From Adineta vaga (Eukaryota > Animalia > Rotifera): a DNA stretch of 64,000 nt. Below, piece by piece: positions 38,338 through 52,203 of this stretch. The DNA is taken from contig CP075494.1 in NCBI GenBank assembly GCA_021613535.1, positions 5,828,001 through 5,892,000 of the forward strand. The letters are read 5' to 3'. Numbering within the stretch: position 1 is the first letter of the stretch; each line of letters opens with the position of its first letter. A model generated the notes under the pieces. The model did not search any database. It was not told where the DNA came from and saw nothing but the letters and a program-made list of their open reading frames with translations. The translations under genes were made by a program, and so were the position numbers.

Positions 38338-40084
38338 TGAAAACATAAACTGTTTGACTGATCATTAGATTTTGATTTGTGTGATTCATAGAAATTCAAT
38401 TTATCAACGTCTCTTCCAATGAAAATAAGATAGACAAAACAATGCAGTATAGATTTTCTTGAACTAACTATATATAATATTTTCCTATCATACATTCTAT
38501 CGACGGAAAAGAAGAACTACTAAAACTAAACTTCACTTGTCTAACAATAAAATAATCATGCACCAACTATTGTTCAATACAATTACTGATACTTCCCTCC
38601 TTCTCCTCCTCCTCCTCCTCCTCCTTCTCTTCCTCTAATCAACTATTATTCAAATTACCAGATGGTGAGAAACTAGCAAAAAAGAGATTTTAACATAACA
38701 TGTGTTTCATTGTTATCGAATAGAAATCATTAACGAATAGATAATAGATATAACTACTTTTTTGTCTCCCCAACAAAATGTCTGTCTATTTGTTTGATAG
38801 ACTATTTATTACCTTGTTTCTTTGGACATTTTTTGTTTATGTCAATTTAGCTAAGTCATTGGAATGACAAAACTTATTTGTTCTGATATATCGCTTAAGT
38901 ATTCATTAAAAACCAGTCAAAATAGACAAACTATGTATATCAACAAACATTAACGCTTGTCAAAAATCAATTGTCATTGTTCGTGCTTTTTTCTATCATC
39001 GACGAACGAATGATTGCATGTTGTCCCTCATCTTTTCCATCTGTTCTTTGTCTCTGATGTATACTATATATATATATATATATACATGAGATCAGAGAAT
39101 TAGATTGAGTAATCAACTACCTTATTGATGCATTTAGATATTTATTGATGATAGCAGTGAACTATGGTATACACTTTGATCATTCTTTCATTTGTCGATT
39201 TTTTTGCTGTAACATTGCCAGTTAATGTTACTGGTAATACTGTTCTTTTTCTCCTATTTCAATTATGATTACTTTCATCTCAATTATTAGTGCAATGAAC
39301 ATACAAAGCATTGTGAATCAACAGGTCATTGCAACTTGTCGTATGCTTGTCATTTTCCGCTCATGTTCAGAAGAAATTCATTCTTCCTGTTCTATCTTTT
39401 ACTGACAGTTCACTTCCTTCTTGTGTCTACATTGATGACCAGGAAAAAAAATACCTCGAGAAGAAATTCTTCGAGTAAGTATCTATCTATATATATGTAT
39501 GTATGTATGTATGTATGAATGCATTTGAATCCAATTAGCAGAAAAGAAAAGAAGAGTTATTATAGAAATTATCATGATTTTCAGGTAAGTATCATGTGCA
39601 TAGAGATACGTGTATCTATATGTATGTCAATAATTTAGACCTTTTTTCTCATAAATAATGATAATCCATCGATGATTGAAGAGACAGCCTTGTTCAAATG
39701 AATACTAGTTGTTGTTTTCCAATTAATTTTTAGACATCTAATGAAAAAACAAAAGGCTTCTTTATTCGACCTTGAATGATCCTGTTGTAAGAGAAGCGAG
39801 AGAGAGAGAGAGAAGAAAAAAGATTATAATGAAATAAATATGTCGAAAGCCGAAGGATTTGTGTGTATGCGCATGCGCGCGAATGCACACTGTTCAGTGT
39901 TCCAGTAAGATGATTTCTTTTTCAATTTGTTCAAGGTCTATAATTTTCTACTCAATCTTTTTCTCGTTTATGTCTTTGCAAGTAAGAATGATAATCAGTC
40001 ATGCTTTCTCTCTTAACCTATGCACGCACGTACTGAATCAAAAATGAACACATACATCTATATAATTATGTGTATGAACAAAAC

Positions 40085-40155
40085 AGAGAGAGAGAAAGAA
40101 AGAAAGACAAAAGAGACAGAGAGGGAAGAGAAGAGAAGGAGAGAGAGAGAGAGAG
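40085..40155. repeat. GA-rich microsatellite/purine tract upstream of the Ig gene
   Basis: Runs of (GA)n are visible. Similar tracts near 13541, 39798 and, as (TC)n, 55950. Confidence 0.7.
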
Positions 40156-40258
40156 AAGAAAAGAAATGAACGTGATGCTGCTATAGAAGTCATTCAAAGA
40201 AGTTTATCCTCGTTTCTAGATATGAAAAGATATTGATGTTAAAAAACACGATATACAT

Positions 40259-42797
40259 ATGATTCTAAGGATAATCATTTTGATCCTTCTTTTATTTTCC
40301 TTATCAATTGATTCTACGGATGATTATTTGGAAAATATATCTGTAAATACGGGTGAAACAGCAACATTTATATGTGATTTACCCGAACGATATTCAAACA
40401 GACGAGTAAAATTTTATTCTTCTCTTTTCTCTATTACATCATTCGCATTGGGGAAATATATATATATTTTAGGCTGATTTTTATGGACCTATGGGACGTT
40501 TATTGGTAGCATCGACCGGTGAAAATTTTGATAGTGATGATCGTACACGATTTGTGCTTGAACATACGTACGTGATATTTCGTTATTTGTTCCGTTGATC
40601 AATAGTCTAATCTTGCAAGATGCTGTATTTCTTTGTTTAGGTATGCTTGGACGTGGAGTCTTATTTTATCGGATGTTTCCGATGATGATGCAGGAGAATA
40701 TACATGTCGTATTTCATCCGTTGATCGGACATTGACAATCATAAAACGATTTAATTTAACCGTCTTGAGTAAGAATAGATTTTTATCATTCACACTCATC
40801 TGTGACCATCAATCCTTTGTTGTTTTTTGTTATTCTATTTGATATATGAAAGGTGTTTCCGATCGATATTTGATGAGACTAAACCGGATATTCTAACACA
40901 ATAAAAATGTTCACATGTCATATTCGTTTTATTGCTTTGAGTAGAAAAGAAGAGAGAATCGTGATGTGTCGAGATGAAATCAAGTGTTCGAACTATTTTT
41001 CTTTCTCGCGACAGATTTGATTACGAATTCTTTTTTATATTCTAGCACCGCCTAAAATTGTCGATATAACAATTGAATCAAATAATAATGGCATACTTAT
41101 GGAGAATGAACAAGTGATTTTAAAATGTTTAGCGCGTGGTAATCCACCACCAACAATTTACTGGAATATAACTGAATATAAATCTTTATCCGATAAAAAG
41201 ATTGATCGGAGTAAGAATTTAATAATCGATAGAAACGAATAAATATTATCTTGAAATTTTATTAGACATCATCGCATTTAATAATAAACTTTTAATCAGA
41301 AATTTTTCTCGAACAACACCCGTCAATTATCAATGTATTGCTGACAATGGTATACCACCGCGTGATACACGTACAAGACATTTAGTTCCAGCGAGTAAGC
41401 ATCGATTCATTCTTTTTTCTTTTCTTTTATCTAATATAATTAAAAGAAAAGAAGATGTCATCTTATCAAGAATACTCTGGAGTGTTACGTCCTTTAAGAA
41501 GACTCAATTATCTAAATAAATATAGAAGCACTTGTGACATTTATGAATAAAAAAGATGAAGAATAGTTTGATGTGACTTCTCTCTTTTCTCTTCATTTTT
41601 GTATCTCTATCAGACAGTAGAAGTTAAAATGGCATGAAATTAGAGATTAGAATGTAATGATTAGGTTTAATATACATATATATGTATGTATGTATATGTA
41701 TAGAGTGCACATGTGATGAGAGAGAAAAAGAGATGAATGGATGACGATCTCGAAAGTGGACACATGCTTGTGCACTTTCCTTCTGTCATTCATCCATTGA
41801 ACCATTATGTTCATCAATAAAAAAACAAAAAAAAACGAAGAAAGGGAACGTCGACACCACATGGATGTAACTTGTTCACACATACGCGTGAACAAATAAA
41901 TCTTGGCAGGGTGCAATAAATTCTTGATGGATTTTTAGACATTAATGAGTTAGTCAGTTTTTGTGTAAAAAAAATAGAATTCTTTATTCTCATGAGATCA
42001 CTAAAGTTTATTCTCGCAAAATTTATCGTGTTCAACATAACTTAAACATTAAAGAAGATCTGATCATCTTTTTCTTACTTTTAGTTTCACCTGAAATAAC
42101 AATTCATACATCATTTTCTCGTTATTCTTCACAAATTCTTCTTAATTGTACTATAACTGCTCGGCCATTAGCTTCAACAAAGTGGAAACGAAATCGTATA
42201 CCAATAAATCCTATCAGACGTATAGAAATCAATGATTATACAGTTCAATTATTACTTCCTTTACAAGTAAATTTCTGATCTAAACAAAAAAGAACGACTA
42301 AAAACGAAACTATTTTTATTTCATAGATTAATTCATTGAATTATTCCGAAGCATTCGGCATGTACGAATGTGAAGCGGAAAATGAATTGAAAGTATCCAA
42401 AGCATTTATTATTATTGATGGTAAGTCAATTCATTTGAAAATTATTTTTCATAAAAAATTCCGATATTTAGAATCCATTCTATTGAATACAACAATTTTG
42501 AAACATCATCGACTACCATCATCATCATCATCTTCATCACCATCATCCTATGGTAAGTTTAAATCTTTTTTTTCACCAACTGGAAAATAGATTAACTGTA
42601 CCAGATAATTGAACAAAAACAAAACAGCAGTTTTATTAATAGAAAAAATCAATGGACATTCAATGATGATGTTTTTCTTTTGTTGTTTTAGCACAAATTG
42701 AACTTCTACTCAATGATTCATTCTGTTTCACATATAATTTCTATTTAATACTATTCATGAACATTCTTTTCGTTACTTATTCAACTGGTTTCTATAA
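40259..42797 (+). CDS. Three-Ig-domain cell-surface protein (lachesin/IgLON-like), probably GPI-anchored, multi-exon
   Basis: Signal peptide. GETATFIC..DDAGEYTC, VILKCLARGNPPPTIYW..YQCIADNG, LLNCTITARP..W..FGMYECEAEN. Ser-rich stalk and hydrophobic C-terminus. Confidence 0.8.
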
Positions 42798-45482
42798 CAA
42801 ACGATGAAATAACAAATCCAAGACATAAAATTCATGTTTTCTAGTCTTTTGAATTTGTCAACCTGTGATATTCATCCTTTTGTCAGATGATTTGTCCGTT
42901 TTGTTTCTTTTTTTTTTTGAAAACAGTGTGAAATAAAATTCTCGAAAAAGGATTATGCCTCATAGCTACAACATCATTTCTAGACAGTATAATAATTAAT
43001 CAATCGCATGATGATGTTCGTGCTTAAGGACAGAAATGAATGAAGACAAAGAGAAAAAAATGAGCGCAGTATTTATCTGAAAACTTCGACACATTAAGCT
43101 GGTCCTCCCAGTCAACTCCTATTTTCAGTTTTATGACCAAGAGAAAAAAGTAAGAATTTCTTTCATCGTTAATCAACTTTTACCATTCATGATGGAATAA
43201 ATACATATAGATATTTCAATACGATATAGTAACATGTTTACTACATCAAACAGAAGTAAATAACAATGAATCATTAGTCAAGTACTTCCGATGTATGATT
43301 ATTGATAAGTTTTTGAGAACAAAAAAAAAGAACTCCAATGTATTTCTTTTCTCGAAGTTCTATGAGTTCAAAGTGTCTAGAAAGTATTTCATTGTTCGAA
43401 AGACGATGCTCTTTTACTCCACATCCTTTTCAAATAGTCATTTTTTTGTTAAAAAAAGAGTAAGCAGTATTTATCTCACCGATATAATTGTTTTGAAAGA
43501 AAATAAAAGTTACTCGGTCGATATGATCATTTCAAAATACTAATAATAAAATCGTATGAACGTGATTTTTGCTTAATAACGGTGGAATATCATGCGTTCC
43601 ACATGATTATTATCCTTTACTCTATATATTTAAAAATAGATGAATTCTATTGCTCTTATAACATAACAGTAGAAATCAATCTTTGAGTTTTTTCGTCGAA
43701 AAACAAAGTCAAGTAGAAATTATACAATGTGCTATCTATCTAGGAAAAAGTATTATGAATAATATTAAATGAGACATACGAACTTCTATTCATTTTTACG
43801 TAGGTGTATTTTCTCATTATTTTCTAGCACTAATCGAGAAAGAATGTAAGTGTTATCTACGGAAACGAGCACTTGTTTTCAAAAAGACAAAATACTCTAT
43901 TAAATTAGTTGATATTCGAGTAAAAGAAAGAGAACTGCGTTGAATATATTAATATTGTTTTTGCTAAATCGAAATTTTTCTTGATCAAAGAAGATGTTTC
44001 ATTTATTAAGAAAGCGAATAATTCTTCTTTGGCAGTTATAGACTATGTGAATGGAAAACAGGAAATGACTCTACATTGTAAATATAAAGCAATAAAATCT
44101 AATAGATTATCTTTATTTCTATAAACTTTATTGTTCGCGAAATTCTATCAGTAAGTACTTCTCTTTTTAGGATTGTAAAATTTTATTAGAACATTTATAT
44201 AGGAGTGTTGCATATAGTTTATATTTAACATACAATTACGGAAACGTAGATATTAAATATAAAACTTTCTTTTTTTTTCTTTCATTAACTTTTCTATTGC
44301 ATTGTTCAATATAGACTTCGATCAATTCATTGCTTTTAAGAGATAAATAAAGTCTGTTCAGTCATTTTAGTAAGTACGAAGAATACAGCGTTGTATGTAT
44401 GATATGAACACGTTTTTAGTCTAGTGTAAACTATGAGAGTTATAGAAAAGTTATTTTTAGTAAATGAAATGTATGTATGTACTCGGTTTTACCACGTTTA
44501 TATGAATTTATTTGATATATATATAGTTCGTTATTGATTGAATATTTATTAGATGTGAAAGTTTAGGAAAGATACTTTTTTACTGTTAAGTAATTAATTT
44601 TAGAGCATATGTAAAAGTTACGAGAGAAAAATTAAAAAAATCTGCGCCTTGTGAAGCTTCTATCGATGTTGTATTTATTTCCTAAATGGAGTTCTTCAAT
44701 GCGACATCCATATTCGTTGTGTTCATTCTTAGAAATAATGTCACTTTAGCTATGGTGAAAAGAACTGATACGTATTGAGTTCATACTTTTTGTAAACAGT
44801 CTTTCGAATAAACCGATCGAAATACTTCTAATATATTTCCAATCAATTATTTTATGATGAAAAGATGATACTTCGTTCATTCTAGTAAGTAGTCATAAGA
44901 ACATAGCATAAGAAGTAATAAGATGTAGAAGAATACTTTAGAGAACTCAATGTAATATGATACTGTTAAGCAGTAATTTATTGAAAATATGTTCTATTCA
45001 TTCGTAAAAAGAAGGTGTCTAATGTTGGTATGCCGAATTTTTATAAGAATATGTTCTGTCAATCTTTCTGACTTAGCATAATCTAGGTGAATAAACTGAA
45101 GTAATAGACAATATGAGTATTGTCATTGAAATACCTGAAACTCTATGAACTGTTAATCAAACTTGACATGAAATCTTTTCTAAGAACTGTTGGCTTTTGT
45201 CTAAACAAAATATTGATTAGTTCTCTCGTTTTTTTCTCTCTATTAAAGTGAGCTAGCTATTTTCTGTCATAAGATCTTAATAATTTTGAGTTATAAATTA
45301 TGAACAGTACTTATTTGCTTAGTTGAGCATGTAAAATAGCAGAACGCCTGCGCTTAAATGAGAATAAATCATGCTATGAAATATGTTGTATTCTTTTTAT
45401 CTTCAAGTATAAATAGAGAAGAATTCAGTAACTTCTCTTCATAAGAAATTTCAATAACATTCTGCATAGTTCTATTTCAGAT

Positions 45483-45851
45483 ATGGCAGTTTTTGTGTTG
45501 TGTGGTAGTAATTCATCATTTTCCACACGCTTCTATATATTAGCGTTGATCGCTCTTGTTCTTGTCTGCTGTTGTTCTTATTGCTCGTCAACATCAATTG
45601 TACCATCTCTCGCTGATGTTGATCCATCATCTGACGACACCAATGAATTAATTCACGACGAAGAAAGTACATATGATCTCCCATACCGATTAGCACCATA
45701 TAGATATATTCCTGAACAAGCATTGCTATCACCGAATGATCGATTGATGCAACTTCTTATTCAATCAGCTTTAAATCAAAATTATGACAAAGAAAATAAA
45801 GAAAATAACAAACGTTACGCCTCACAATCGTTTCATGCTATGCGTGGTTAA
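45483..45851 (+). CDS. Neuropeptide precursor; predicted YASQSFHAMR-amide (tachykinin-related/FxxxRamide type)
   Basis: Hydrophobic signal peptide, acidic spacer, KR cleavage site, then YASQSFHAMR-G-stop (Gly amide donor). Confidence 0.8.
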   Translation: MAVFVLCGSNSSFSTRFYILALIALVLVCCCSYCSSTSIVPSLADVDPSSDDTNELIHDEESTYDLPYRLAPYRYIPEQALLSPNDRLMQLLIQSALNQNYDKENKENNKRYASQSFHAMRG

Positions 45852-46159
45852 AAAGACAGAAAGTTTTTTTTCCTCCTTATAATACAAAACTTTTTTTTTG
45901 TCAAATTTTATCGTACCGCAAAATATATAAGAAAAGCATGTTAACGTTTTTCCTTTTTATCCACCTATTATTGCGAATACATTCTATTACAAAAATACAT
46001 TAAATAAAGGATAAAAATATTGCATATAAATATACTCCATCTGTTTAACACTCTTTTCATTCGAAGATAAAAATCAAAGAGAATAGAAAAATATGTAATG
46101 TTATATAGGTCAAAAATCATGTAAAATATCTAGACAGTGTATATCATTTTCTATCTAGA

Positions 46160-46986
46160 ATGGCAGCTTTACAACAACGTTGGAAAACATTGAGCGTTTC
46201 GTTCACAAATGCTATCTTAACTATTTCTATGAATAGACCTAAAGCTAATGCTATGTCAATTGAATTTCTCAATGATCTTGAACAAGCATTTGATCATGCA
46301 TCGAAAGATGATACAATTAAAGGTGTACATTTACGATCTAATTTTAAGTATTGATTCAATAAAAATATTCCGTTGTAAAAATCTAATCTCTATTTAGTTC
46401 TATATTCTGTGCTGGTCTTGATCTTGCTGATATGCATGAACGATGTTCAAAACGGCAAAAACCAATCATTGATAAATTTGTATTTGAAACACTTTATCGT
46501 GGTGTTACTGCTCCTATTCGTTGTATGAAACCAGTGGCTTGTTCACTGGACGGTCATGCGATTGCTGGTGGAATGATATTAGCTCTTGCTTGTGATTATA
46601 TTGCTATGGGTACACGGAAACCATTTTTTCTTGGTGTGACAGAAATAGCTGCTGGTGTTCCGTTTCCAACTATACCATTAGAAATTATACGACATCAGCT
46701 TGAACCTCAAATTGCTCAACGAATATGTTTGGATGCAAATCTTATTTCATCAAAAGATTTTTGTATTTCATGGGACAAGAGTGAAACGCCTGATGATCTA
46801 TCACAAAAATGGTTGAAAATGGTTGGTCAAAGACCATTACAAGGTTTTCAAATAACGAAAAAAAGATGGTGGGCTGATTTTACTAAACTACTTCATGCTG
46901 ATAATGAACAAGAGAAACAAGAATTCTTCGAAGTAATTACTGGCGATGAATGTTTACAAGCAATGAAACAAATACTTAAAAAATAG
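46160..46986 (+). CDS. Enoyl-CoA hydratase/isomerase (crotonase) family, copy 1 (intron 46348-46397)
   Basis: MNRPKANAM, FCAGLDL, KPVACSLDGHAIAGGMILALACD, TEIAAG. Confidence 0.88.
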
Positions 46987-48079
46987 TTCATCTACTCTTA
47001 TATTTTTTTCGACTAAACAATGTGTGTCTATCTATTTATTGCTCATATTAAAAGTTAAAATTCAGTTATAGACAAATCTTGTTTTCTAATTTGAATATGT
47101 CAATACAAATATTGCAACTTTCAACTACATTCTCACAGTATAGTAATGTCGAAAAGTAAGTTTTTATCGATAGAGACATACTAGCTTTATTATACGCATG
47201 ATAAAAGAAACTAAAATTAAGATCATAGTCGAGAGAAGTGTAAGCAAGGTATTGTTTTAGATATATGTTACTCAATAGAAGATACAATGATTAAATACAA
47301 CTTAATTTATTGAAATAACTTGTTGAAATTATAAATGTTTTGTTTAACTATTCGAATGAGCTCCATCTGTAAATGAATATTACTGTTTGTCATACGATAG
47401 AATCAATCAAAATAACGACAACAACATATGTATGTAATATCGAGCACTTATTTATTGTCACACTAATAGGATTATGCTTCGAAAGAACTAAGATGCGTTT
47501 TCTTTTTGCGTACCAATACGTTGACTATCTTCAATTTGTTTTCAGAAGATATATATCTAGATAAGTACTCAGTAAGAATGATGAATTCATAGGCGTTATT
47601 AATCATACAGTTTCTTCTTCAATGTAATACATACAAGAAAAAAACCTTTCTCGATAATGAAGTTTCAACTTCATAAAGAAATTATAAGATGTCAATATTT
47701 TGTTTCATTTCGTTAAGATGCATTGAAGTGAAATGACATTTACACCACAATGACAGTATCAATAAAGCACGTTTAAACAAAGAAAGAAATCTATAAATAT
47801 AGAATAAACAAAGTAGAAGATGTATCAATTAAGTGTTGGGTATTTTCTCTCAATAATAGACTCCTTCTGATAGAATGACATTTAACGAAAACCTTTAAGT
47901 TATATATCTATTATTAGTGATATAGTAAGCATAACGAGAATTCTTTGAGGACATATTTGAAGTTTTTCTAATTGAAACAAATTAATATACACATATCAGA
48001 TGTGATCTATATATTTTAGATTCTTGAAAAACAAAATCAAACTCATTGTAGGAACAAATCAATTTTTTCTGAAATTAAA

Positions 48080-48914
48080 ATGTTACCTTTACAACATCAG
48101 TGGAAGACATTGAGTGTTTCCTTTCTTGATACAATTCTTACCGTATCAATGAACCGTCCAAAAGCAAATGCAATGTCTCCGGAGCTATTGAATGAATTGA
48201 AAGAAATTTTTAATCAAGTATCAAAGGAAAATAAAATTAAAGGTGTTCTTTTACGTTCTAATTTGAAGTAGTTATCTTCTTGATTAATGATCAATTTTTA
48301 ATCTAATATCTTCTTTTAGTTCCACTTTCTGTGCAGGTGCTGATCTTTCAACTGTATACAATCTATCTATGGCTGGTCAAAAGTCAACAATTGATAAATT
48401 TGTTTTCGATACACTTAGTCGAGGCATGACTGCTCCTTTATATTGTTCCAAGCCAGTGGCTTGTTCACTTGATGGACATACGATTGCCGGTGGTCTAATG
48501 CTTGCTCTTTCATGTGATTATATTGCTATTGGTACACGAAAACCTTTTCGCATTGGTATAACTGGACCTATTGTTGGTATTCCTTATCCATTAAAAGCAG
48601 TCAGACTTGTTCAACATCAATTAAATCCTTCATTAGCATATCGACTTCTTGTTGATGCTAATCTTTATTCATCAAGTAATTTTCCAATAGAATGTGAGAG
48701 AAGTGAAACGCCTGATGATTTATCTCAAAAATGGTTGAAAATGGTTGGTCAAAGACCATTACAAGGTTTTCAAATAACGAAGCAAAAGTGGTGGTCAGAT
48801 ATAATTAAATTAGATAATCTTGATAATGAACAAGAAAAAAAAGAATATTTCGATGCTGTTACCAGTGATGCATGTTTACAAGCAATGAAAAAAGCATTAA
48901 CAAAAGAAAAATGA
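48080..48914 (+). CDS. Crotonase family, copy 2 (intron 48268-48319), catalytic Glu absent
   Basis: MNRPKANAM, FCAGADL, KPVACSLDGHTIAGGLMLALSCD, TGPIVG. Intron at the same position and phase as in copy 1. Confidence 0.86.
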
Positions 48915-50923
48915 TAAAGAAATTCTATTTGGATGATTTTTTTAAAAGAATATTTGATGATTTAAATATATAGAGTAAATCACGGACATTGCAGGAATTC
49001 TTTTCGACAACTGACATACTCAAGATTGAACATTGTAAGAAAAAAAAGAATCACATGAATTCACCAACATTAAATAATTCTGTAGACTAATATGAATGTT
49101 TTTATTAATTTCATTCGACAATTCAGTAATACGAACATCAATATTCTTAACAGTTCTCAACTTGTAATCAACAATGTAACAAATCTATTGCATGTTGTTT
49201 CCTCTGATTACATATGCAGGAGACATATAATAAGATTCTTCTTATTCTACTTTCCTTCTATTCCCTACAGATATTACGAGTTGTTGTTTCTCAGAATTCA
49301 ATCTTTTCCTCTCTGTATATATATATATATCCTGATCAGTCGATTGAATCGAAAAGATCCATTATTCGATGAGTGAATAGTTGCAACTACTCAGTAATAA
49401 TAGCTGTACACTATCTATTAGTTCGTTTATTTTGATGTTTTGTCATTATTTATTATATTTACATATGAAATATGGTCTTGATATAATTCTGCAATGAGAT
49501 CGTCAACACGTCTTAAGTACATTCTATCTTATAATCGTGCTAGTATAATCCATATAAATGATCTTTCTGTTGTCTTTGTGTTTCTTTTGATCTTCTGGTA
49601 TGCCGATTAGACATGCACGAGAACTTTATTTAGTCTAATGAGTTGTAGATATCCTGAAAAGTATAAAATCTTCTTTATAATTCTTTCATTCTACTAGCAG
49701 GTATAGATCTATTATTCGATTTCTATCAATTGAATAACTTTTTTTTCTCTCCATATTATTAATATTCTATTGCTTTTAGTACCAATCATGTCGAAAAAGA
49801 ATCAACTAATGAAATTATATTCTTTGCTATCAATTTATTAATATGAAAAAGAATTCCGAAATATGATCACATACTTGTTCTTTTCTGTCATTTAATCCCA
49901 GGATAATATCAAAAATTATTATTTGTTTCCCGACTGGAATACAATGTACTTGATTATATACAAATTTAATCGCCAGAGTAGGTTGTTCTATTTTAATAAT
50001 ATTGAACTAAGAATTGTGTTATTAAGATATTTCATTTTATCTCTTGCAATAACCATTAATATAAATCATTATTGACCTATCTTTCTCCATGTCAACTGAA
50101 TAAAAAGAAGTTAATTATCTTGATAGCATACCCATAATATAGTGATGAAAATTTATTACTATATTGTTGTCAAGAAAAGAGAACCACTTATTAATAGTTG
50201 ACAAAGAAGATGTTTTTTCCTTTGCTAGTTTATCTATGGTGACAGTCTATATTTGTCTTCATTTAAACATAAGTTATAGATGCATGCTGGCAATTATATT
50301 ATATCCGTTAGTTTGACTAGTACTTATAGATCTATTTTCTTTCTTTGATCGCTATCATTGATCTTATCGTCTAATTCTGTATACTATTTCCCTTTTGTTT
50401 TCTACTGTATTATCCTTCCTCTAAATATCAACAGTAAAGCTAGTTATGTAAATATCCATAGATATGATTATTTTTCAAGTAAATTTCATAAAAAATACAG
50501 GTTTTTTTCTTTATCCTCATAAGTTGTGTTAATATGTAAGTTCGATTAGTCTAATAAATGCGTAGTAGAGAATTTCTCTACATGTCACCTGTTTGAGATT
50601 ATCTTATAGATATATGACAGCTAGTACTATTTTTAGTTCTTTGCAGTATATCGTTATTTTCATTAGATTCTTTCGTTTTGACATTATTTCATATACATTG
50701 TCTATTATTTGACGATATTCTTTGTTTTCTATTCATCGATAGATTCGCGACCGAGAAAAATAAAATAGGAAAAAACCTAATTATTACACACTCGGGAAAA
50801 TCATGATAAAGGGAATAAACCTCATCGATGTCTAATGCTTGTAACAAATCATTTTATTTGTATTATTCGTACGTGCAATTTCATCAAGAACATTATTCGA
50901 TTGTCTTTCTAGATTAAACGAAC

Positions 50924-52048
50924 ATGCCTGCTACATTAGCTGATTGGGTTTACTATATATTTGGTATTTATTCATTTGTTTTGATTCTTGTTGGTACACC
51001 ATTAAATCTTCTTTGTTTTTATATATTTAAATGTGTTATACCAAATCGATCTAATGCAACAATTATTGTCTTTTCTTATTTAGCATTGATAGAACTTTTA
51101 ATTCCCTTTACATGGAATTTAAATTATGCTATACGTGAATTAATATGGAAACGTCAAACAAATAGTTCAATTAAAAATCTCGAAGAATATTCGTTATTTA
51201 TCTGTAAACTTGTTTCATTTGCTGCCTATTTTTTACTTCAATGTGCTGCATGGTTGAAAACATTAGCAACATTGACACGTTGTATTTCTTTACATCATGA
51301 ATGGTCTATTAGAAAATACATATCAAAATCTCATATTGTTCATTATCTTTGTTGGATGACAATTATTCTTTTTGGTTTAATTAATTTTCCAATATGGATT
51401 ATCAATGGTAAACGTGCGATTTCTATTGATAAAGATAATAATACACAAATTCAAATTAAATGTTATCGATCGGTATTTTTTCAATTTTGGGAAATTGCTC
51501 ATTTACTTCTGTATAATTTTATTCCTTTTACATTGATGATTTTATGTAATGTCGCAATTATACGACATGTCCATGCATCTCGACGTCGTACGCAACGATC
51601 AAAACTTCGTCCTCAATCTTTAATGAAACATCCATCAACACTTTCGTTTACTCGACGTGCAGCATCAACGAATGGTAGTCGTTTGACAAAAACTCTAGTT
51701 TTTGTAACAATCTTTTTCATTATATTCACTTCGCCTTCTGCTATATTTTATATATCGCTTGGAAAAATTATTAAACGTCATCGACATTTAATTACAATGG
51801 GTTTAAGTAGTTTAGCAACAACAAGTCACGCATCATCATTTGTAATTTATTGGTTAACATCAATCGATTTTCAAAATGCAGTCATCAATTTTATTTATTG
51901 TCGACCGGTTATTGTTGTTCAACGATTATCAACCGATGAGAAACCACAAGAGAAACGAAATTCAACGTTTCCAGTATCACCATCATTACCTTTGCCAGGT
52001 TCGGATTTACATCGCAAATCGTCAATGCTTCAATCACCATCATTTTAA
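50924..52048 (+). CDS. Class A (rhodopsin-like) orphan GPCR, intronless
   Basis: Seven hydrophobic segments. GTPLN (TM1), YLALIE (TM2), CKL..TRC (TM3), YNFIPF (TM5), FTSP (TM6), SFVIY (TM7). Confidence 0.88.
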   Translation: MPATLADWVYYIFGIYSFVLILVGTPLNLLCFYIFKCVIPNRSNATIIVFSYLALIELLIPFTWNLNYAIRELIWKRQTNSSIKNLEEYSLFICKLVSFAAYFLLQCAAWLKTLATLTRCISLHHEWSIRKYISKSHIVHYLCWMTIILFGLINFPIWIINGKRAISIDKDNNTQIQIKCYRSVFFQFWEIAHLLLYNFIPFTLMILCNVAIIRHVHASRRRTQRSKLRPQSLMKHPSTLSFTRRAASTNGSRLTKTLVFVTIFFIIFTSPSAIFYISLGKIIKRHRHLITMGLSSLATTSHASSFVIYWLTSIDFQNAVINFIYCRPVIVVQRLSTDEKPQEKRNSTFPVSPSLPLPGSDLHRKSSMLQSPSF

Positions 52049-52203
52049 ATGATATTTATATATAGGTATAGATATATTTATTTATTTTTTTGTTGTGTAA
52101 AAGAATAAAGAATAATGAAAAACGAGCAAGTCATTTTAACAACATTGATAAATAATGAAACATAAAATATAGGAAGAGAGAGAGATATACGAACAAACAA
52201 TAT

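Noticed and set aside
43066-43480. Repeated GCAGTATTTATCT motif (about 43066 and 43465)
   Set aside because: Only two 13-bp copies in AT-rich DNA. Not an array or CRISPR, and too weak to call regulatory.
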